Below, one piece after another: positions 59,571 through 64,000 of a stretch of DNA of 64,000 bases (position 1 is its first letter; every line of letters starts with the position of its first letter). The stretch comes from Dehalococcoidia bacterium. GTDB lineage: Bacteria; Chloroflexota; Dehalococcoidia; Plut-88900. A model generated the notes under the pieces. It was not told the origin of the DNA. It did not search any database and saw only the letters and a program-made list of their open reading frames with translations. The position numbers and the translations under genes are program-made. The DNA is taken from positions 2,240,001 to 2,304,000 of the forward strand of contig OZ240215.1 in the NCBI GenBank assembly GCA_965197585.1, given 5' to 3'.

Positions 59571-59712
59571 GTCGGTCGCTTGTGCCGCGGGCCTGCGCGA
59601 GGGCCGTTGGGATGGGCTTGGACGTTGAGTCCTCTGGTGGGTCGAGTGTGGGCTTCCCTAGTTTTTAGTTCCTCCTTAAGGTAGTTGGGTTAGGTAGTCT
59701 AGACCTGGCTAC

Positions 59713-59742
59713 AATATAGAACATAAGTACTTATAATGTCAA
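59713..59742 (-). promoter_or_regulatory. sigma70-like promoter overlapped by a LexA (SOS)-like box
   Basis: TTGACA-18-TATATT on -; AGAACATAAGTACT (59718-59731) is one mismatch from AGAAC-N4-GTTCT. Confidence 0.6.
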
Positions 59743-59907
59743 GGGGGTGATGTCACCCCTCTATGTGAACGGGATCAAACGGCCCGACCCAACGTAAATC
59801 TCTCTCCGAAGGCGTCTCCTATGACGGGTTGGAATAGCTGACGACTAGCCAGACCTAAGCAACTCCCCTTCAAACCACCTCTTCGCACCCTCCTAACCCA
59901 CCTCCTC

Positions 59908-59966
59908 CCCACCCCCCGAGCCGCCAAAGCCTGCGCCCTAAGGTCTTGTTTAACGCTGGTAGTCAT
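59908..59966 (-). pseudogene. Duplicated 5' end of proA (about 20 codons)
   Basis: MTTSVKQDLRAQALAARG vs MTTSVKQDLRVQALAARG; DNA matches 58931-58989. Confidence 0.9.
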
Positions 59967-59975
59967 AACAGCCCA

Positions 59976-60716
59976 TCATTTGTCTTGCATACTATCGATC
60001 AGCATTCTCAATTTGCTGTCTAAAGCATCGGGGCCGAACCAGTTCGGATCGTCTTGGATGAGTACTGTAGGAGTGCGCGGGATTACATTATCGGAAGCAA
60101 TAGTGAACGGCAAGCACAAGCGCCAATCATCATACGAATTCCTTATGAGCTCCTTTTCAGTGCTGACCTTGTAATACGTCTTAATCCATGCAACGGCCTC
60201 TGGTTTATCAATCAACTGCAACCCGGGTTGCAGAGATTTACCCATAAACAAGGAGTTGGACACATTGCAAAGCAACAGGTCAAATTCCCCTACCAAATAT
60301 CTATCGTTGGTAGTTGATTGGAGTCCCAGGTTGCTGCGAGACTTGTGACACTTGACTTTGAAATGAGCACTTGGGATATTCCTCGTTTCTACTCGGAAAC
60401 TCCCTCGAACAGCATTCTTAGTTTCAACCTTTAGGCGGATACCTGTCCGTCTAAAGGTAATGCTAACATCCTCATCGCTTTTGCCTGGCTGAGGATTAAG
60501 GTTCAGTTTATCGACACTCCATTCCCTAGGGTTAAGCGTATGTTTAAGAAATGCCGCCCCAACGTACTCAGTTGCCTTGCCCCTAATCATCGGAAGAACT
60601 TTTTGGTCTTCCAAGATGTCAAGTAAGTTTTCACGGGGAATATTGTACGTATCACAATACTCCTTAATGTTTCGGTAGACGCGTAAAGCTTCGTCTTGTT
60701 CGGCTTCCTCAACCAT
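59976..60716 (-). CDS. Putative type II restriction endonuclease (PD-(D/E)XK-like)
   Basis: E..DEDV..VETK pattern; low GC; overlaps the MTase gene. Confidence 0.6.
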   Translation of the reverse strand: MVEEAEQDEALRVYRNIKEYCDTYNIPRENLLDILEDQKVLPMIRGKATEYVGAAFLKHTLNPREWSVDKLNLNPQPGKSDEDVSITFRRTGIRLKVETKNAVRGSFRVETRNIPSAHFKVKCHKSRSNLGLQSTTNDRYLVGEFDLLLCNVSNSLFMGKSLQPGLQLIDKPEAVAWIKTYYKVSTEKELIRNSYDDWRLCLPFTIASDNVIPRTPTVLIQDDPNWFGPDALDSKLRMLIDSMQDK

Positions 60717-61614
60717 AGTAGTTTCGGATAAAGAGTTCCCGTCCTTGGTATCTAGCTCTCTTGAATCCGTCCTTCATGTTCACTCCATTCCTCTGATCAT
60801 CTGTGCGATTGATAGTGTAGTTCCACTGTTGTCCCCTAATGTCCATAGCCCATCGGTAAAGGCGCCTCACCTCCGGGTGGTCATCATATGTCAAGAGAAA
60901 CTGGAGTCGATCAGAGTGCCGTCTTAGACATGCGGAGAGCCGCTCGTGGTCAATGAAGTTGAAGGTGCAGTTATAAAATTTCTGCTGGTCTGCGTTGAAG
61001 TAAGGAGGGTCCACAAACACAAAGCAACCCGAGGGCAATGCATTGAAGACTTGCTCAAAATCAAAGGATTGGAGATGTACTTCTTGAAGCTTATCCGACA
61101 CAGTACGCAGGTGGGGAGGCCAGTTTTCAGGACGCATCGAATATTTGTTTCCGAATCCCCAGTAACAGTTCTCTGGTCGCATGATTCCGCTATATGAAAT
61201 GCGATTCAGGTAGTACCATCGAAAGGCACGCTCCAAATTGGTTCCGGGCTTGTAATGGTTCTTGTAGTAATTATGCAGCTCTTTGGCCGCTGGTATGCCC
61301 TTAAGTAAAGATATTAGACCTTCTACGTTATCCCGGATGTGTATGAGCGTATTCATTACTTCTTCGTCGAGATCGTTTAGAAGGTTCCATGCTGCTTTGG
61401 TCTTTGCGAAGAATATGGACGCACCGCCCGCAAATGGTTCGCAATAATGGGAATGAGGAGGAATGAAGTCCAGGATTAGACGTCGTGCATAGAATTTTCC
61501 TCCTGGATAGCGGAATGGGGAGTTGGACTTCCCAGAGCGGGGAGCGCAGGTAGAGCCAAGAAACTTGACCGGCAAGACACCCTGTAATGCACTATTGGGT
61601 GACTCAGCAGGCAT
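60709..61614 (-). CDS. DNA adenine methyltransferase (Dam/D12 class)
   Basis: RYPGGK, EPFAGGA, DPPY. Confidence 0.93.
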   Translation of the reverse strand: MPAESPNSALQGVLPVKFLGSTCAPRSGKSNSPFRYPGGKFYARRLILDFIPPHSHYCEPFAGGASIFFAKTKAAWNLLNDLDEEVMNTLIHIRDNVEGLISLLKGIPAAKELHNYYKNHYKPGTNLERAFRWYYLNRISYSGIMRPENCYWGFGNKYSMRPENWPPHLRTVSDKLQEVHLQSFDFEQVFNALPSGCFVFVDPPYFNADQQKFYNCTFNFIDHERLSACLRRHSDRLQFLLTYDDHPEVRRLYRWAMDIRGQQWNYTINRTDDQRNGVNMKDGFKRARYQGRELFIRNYYG

Positions 61615-61738
61615 TTTTTCTCCTTAAATGCAGATCCAATTCGTCAACTAAGCCCAGATCTGCAACCGCGTCAGTAATATAACATGACGGGCTTAAATCA
61701 TTCAGCGCTCGCTCGGAGAATTTCTTGCACTCCCACCC

Positions 61739-62938
61739 CTACAACAACACCAAATTATCCCTATGCACCAGCTCCGCCCCGTACTCATACCCGAGAACTT
61801 CTATGATCTCCCCCGACTGCCGACCCGCTATCGCCTTCGCATCCCCCGCACCATAGTTCGTCAGCCCGCAGGCAATCCGGTTCCCGACCCCGTCCAGGAT
61901 GATAAGCACGTCTCCCCGCTCAAAGCTCCCCGACACCTCCACGACACCCGCAGGCAGCAGGCTCTTACCACCCCTCCTTAGCGCTGACACCGCACCCCCA
62001 TCCACCCGCACCGCCCCTCGGGAGTTCAGCCCGCTAAGCATCCACCGCTTCCGGCTCTCCATCTTTGTCGTCTGGCTGGGGAAGAACGTGCCCAGTCCCT
62101 CGCCGCTGGCCAGGCGGGGTATCACGTCCTCCATCCGACCCTTGGCAATCACCACGTCCACCCCTGATGTCGTAGCCAGGCTCGCTGCCTGCAGCTTCGT
62201 CACCATCCCCCCGACCGCCTCCGCGCTCTTAGTACCTTGGGCCAGAGACGTAATAGATTCATCGATCGCCTCCACCCTGGAAATGAGCTTCGCATCTGGG
62301 TCGAGGCTCGGGTCCGATGTGTACAACCCCGCCACGTCCGAAAGGATCATCAGCAGGTCCGCGTCCACCAGGTTCGCCACCATCGCCGATAGATTGTCGT
62401 TGTCCCCGAACCGGGTCCCTTTGATCTCCTCCACAGCGACAACATCGTTCTCGTTGACGATTGGCTGCACCCCGAGCTCCAGCAAGGTGTTGAGAGTGTT
62501 CCGCACGTTCAGATACCCCAGCCTGTCCGACAAATCCCCCCTCGACACCAAAGCCTGCGCCACCGTTATCCCGTGCTCCCCGAACAGCCTGTCGTAAGCT
62601 TGCATCAACCTTCCCTGCCCAACCGACGCCAGCACCTGCTTTAGCGGGACACCCCTATGCTCCGGCACCCGGCCCAGAATCTCCCTCCCAGACGCCATCG
62701 CCCCCGAGGACACCAGCACCACCTCCATACCTTCCCGCCTGATCGCCGCTATCTGCCCAACTAGCGAGGCCATACACCCCAGGTCGAGGCCTCGGTCGGG
62801 CCCCGCAAGCAGGTTGCTGCCCAGTTTCACTACTACCCGACGGTATGCGATTGAGACATTACGCCCGCGGCCGGATGTTGAGTTGTCGTTGGACTTAGCC
62901 ATATGCGGTTGAAGCAGGGAGGCGAGTATATCACCCAC
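61739..62938 (-). CDS. proB: Glutamate 5-kinase (start probably downstream, e.g. 62902)
   Basis: VVKLGS, VSSGA, NENDVV, FGDNDNLSA, GGMVTK, PUA domain. Confidence 0.97.
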   Translation of the reverse strand: MGDILASLLQPHMAKSNDNSTSGRGRNVSIAYRRVVVKLGSNLLAGPDRGLDLGCMASLVGQIAAIRREGMEVVLVSSGAMASGREILGRVPEHRGVPLKQVLASVGQGRLMQAYDRLFGEHGITVAQALVSRGDLSDRLGYLNVRNTLNTLLELGVQPIVNENDVVAVEEIKGTRFGDNDNLSAMVANLVDADLLMILSDVAGLYTSDPSLDPDAKLISRVEAIDESITSLAQGTKSAEAVGGMVTKLQAASLATTSGVDVVIAKGRMEDVIPRLASGEGLGTFFPSQTTKMESRKRWMLSGLNSRGAVRVDGGAVSALRRGGKSLLPAGVVEVSGSFERGDVLIILDGVGNRIACGLTNYGAGDAKAIAGRQSGEIIEVLGYEYGAELVHRDNLVLL

Positions 62939-63010
62939 CCATCAAAGCGGTGGTGGGAAAGAGCGCAGCCCTTTCCCACCACACACCATGTCTACTCTCA
63001 AGACGTGTTC

Positions 63011-63889
63011 CTACTTCCCGTTGGCCCCATCCTCATCGGCGCTGGCGGCCAGGTTCATAAATGGCTTGAGAACGTTGGTGAACTCCATCGGGAAAATGAA
63101 CTTGGTGGAGGGGCTGGCCCCAATCTCCTTCAACGTTTCGAAGTACTGGAGGCTCATCGTCTTCGCATCTACATCCTGGGCTACCTTATATATCTGGTCC
63201 AGTGCATTGCTGAATCCCTCGGCATTCAGGATCGCCGCCTGCCTATTGCCCTCAGCCTTCAAAATCTCCGCCTGTCTCTGCCCCTCGGCATTGAGAATTG
63301 CAGCCTGCTTCTGGCCCTCCGCTACGGTGATGTTGGCCTCTTTCTGGCCGTCCGCCTCGGTGACTACGGCTCGGCGTTCCCGCTCAGCGGCCATCTGCCG
63401 GTTCATGGCGTGCTGGATCTCGGCGGGCGGGTCGATCTCCCGGATCTCAACAGCCGTCACCTTCACGCCCCAGCGGCTGGTGACTTCATCCAGCTTGACC
63501 CGGAGGACCTGGTTGATCTCTTCCCTCTTCGCGAGCACGTCATCCAGGGGGATGTCACCAATTACGGCCCTTAGGGTCGTCGTCGCCATACCTACTATCG
63601 CGGCGCGGAAGTCCTGGACCTCAATGACCGACTTCTCTGCCTCATGGTCCACTACCTTGTAGTAGATCAGGAAGTCGATTCCTATAGGGGCGTTGTCCTT
63701 CGTTATGTTGGTCTGCCTCGCCACGTCAATCACGTCTTCTCGAAGATCGACCTTCTGGAAGCTGTCTATGAACGGTATCAGGAGCCGCAGACCCGCGCCC
63801 TTCAACCCGAAGAACTTCCCCAGCCTGAAGGGGACCATCCTTTCATACTGCTTTACGATGATTACTGGAAACAATACCGGTGTCGCCAT
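63011..63889 (-). CDS. SPFH/band-7 (stomatin-like) protein
   Basis: VDLRE, ITKDNA, TTLRAVIG, AERERRA. Confidence 0.93.
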   Translation of the reverse strand: MATPVLFPVIIVKQYERMVPFRLGKFFGLKGAGLRLLIPFIDSFQKVDLREDVIDVARQTNITKDNAPIGIDFLIYYKVVDHEAEKSVIEVQDFRAAIVGMATTTLRAVIGDIPLDDVLAKREEINQVLRVKLDEVTSRWGVKVTAVEIREIDPPAEIQHAMNRQMAAERERRAVVTEADGQKEANITVAEGQKQAAILNAEGQRQAEILKAEGNRQAAILNAEGFSNALDQIYKVAQDVDAKTMSLQYFETLKEIGASPSTKFIFPMEFTNVLKPFMNLAASADEDGANGK

Positions 63890-63907
63890 TTAAGGCTCCT
63901 TTCTAAT

Positions 63908-64000
63908 TCACGCCTTGCGGACTTTGATAGTCAGACCGTCGACTTCGACCACCTCCACCTTATCACCCACCCCTATTGACCCCTCCCCCGACGACACCGC
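63908..64000 (-). CDS. NfeD-family protein, C-terminal fragment (partial)
   Basis: AVSSGEGSIGVGDKVEVVEVDGLTIKVRKA*, upstream of the SPFH gene. Confidence 0.8.
   Translation of the reverse strand, partial: AVSSGEGSIGVGDKVEVVEVDGLTIKVRKA

Overview
High-GC bacterial chromosome segment, most consistent with a SAR202-type Dehalococcoidia (Chloroflexota). This is inferred from 10 luciferase-like (LLM) oxidoreductase paralogs, 3 family III CoA-transferases, F420-related DUF385 proteins, a Rieske oxygenase and amidohydrolases. Housekeeping genes include apt, a purB-like lyase, mnmG, proA and proB. Accessory content includes several toxin-antitoxin modules (some reduced to antitoxin only), a Fic protein, three tandem orphan solute-binding proteins and a low-GC methyltransferase/endonuclease pair between proB and proA. 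The most striking unexplained signal is non-coding: a ~500-550 nt element present twice (3-546 on +, 59076-59570 on -). The copies share conserved 5' and 3' blocks and a long-range inverted repeat that encloses a variable, hairpin- and pseudoknot-rich interior. That interior is built partly from a 77-79 nt module (two tandem copies in one element, one in the other). The second copy sits behind a sigma70-like promoter overlapped by a LexA-like box, next to a duplicated 5' end of proA. The window also has nested REP-like palindromes, including one inserted in frame in mnmG, and a 132-bp MITE inserted twice at the same REP position with different 4-bp target duplications. All calls are from reading the sequence by eye; no database searches or folding programs were run.
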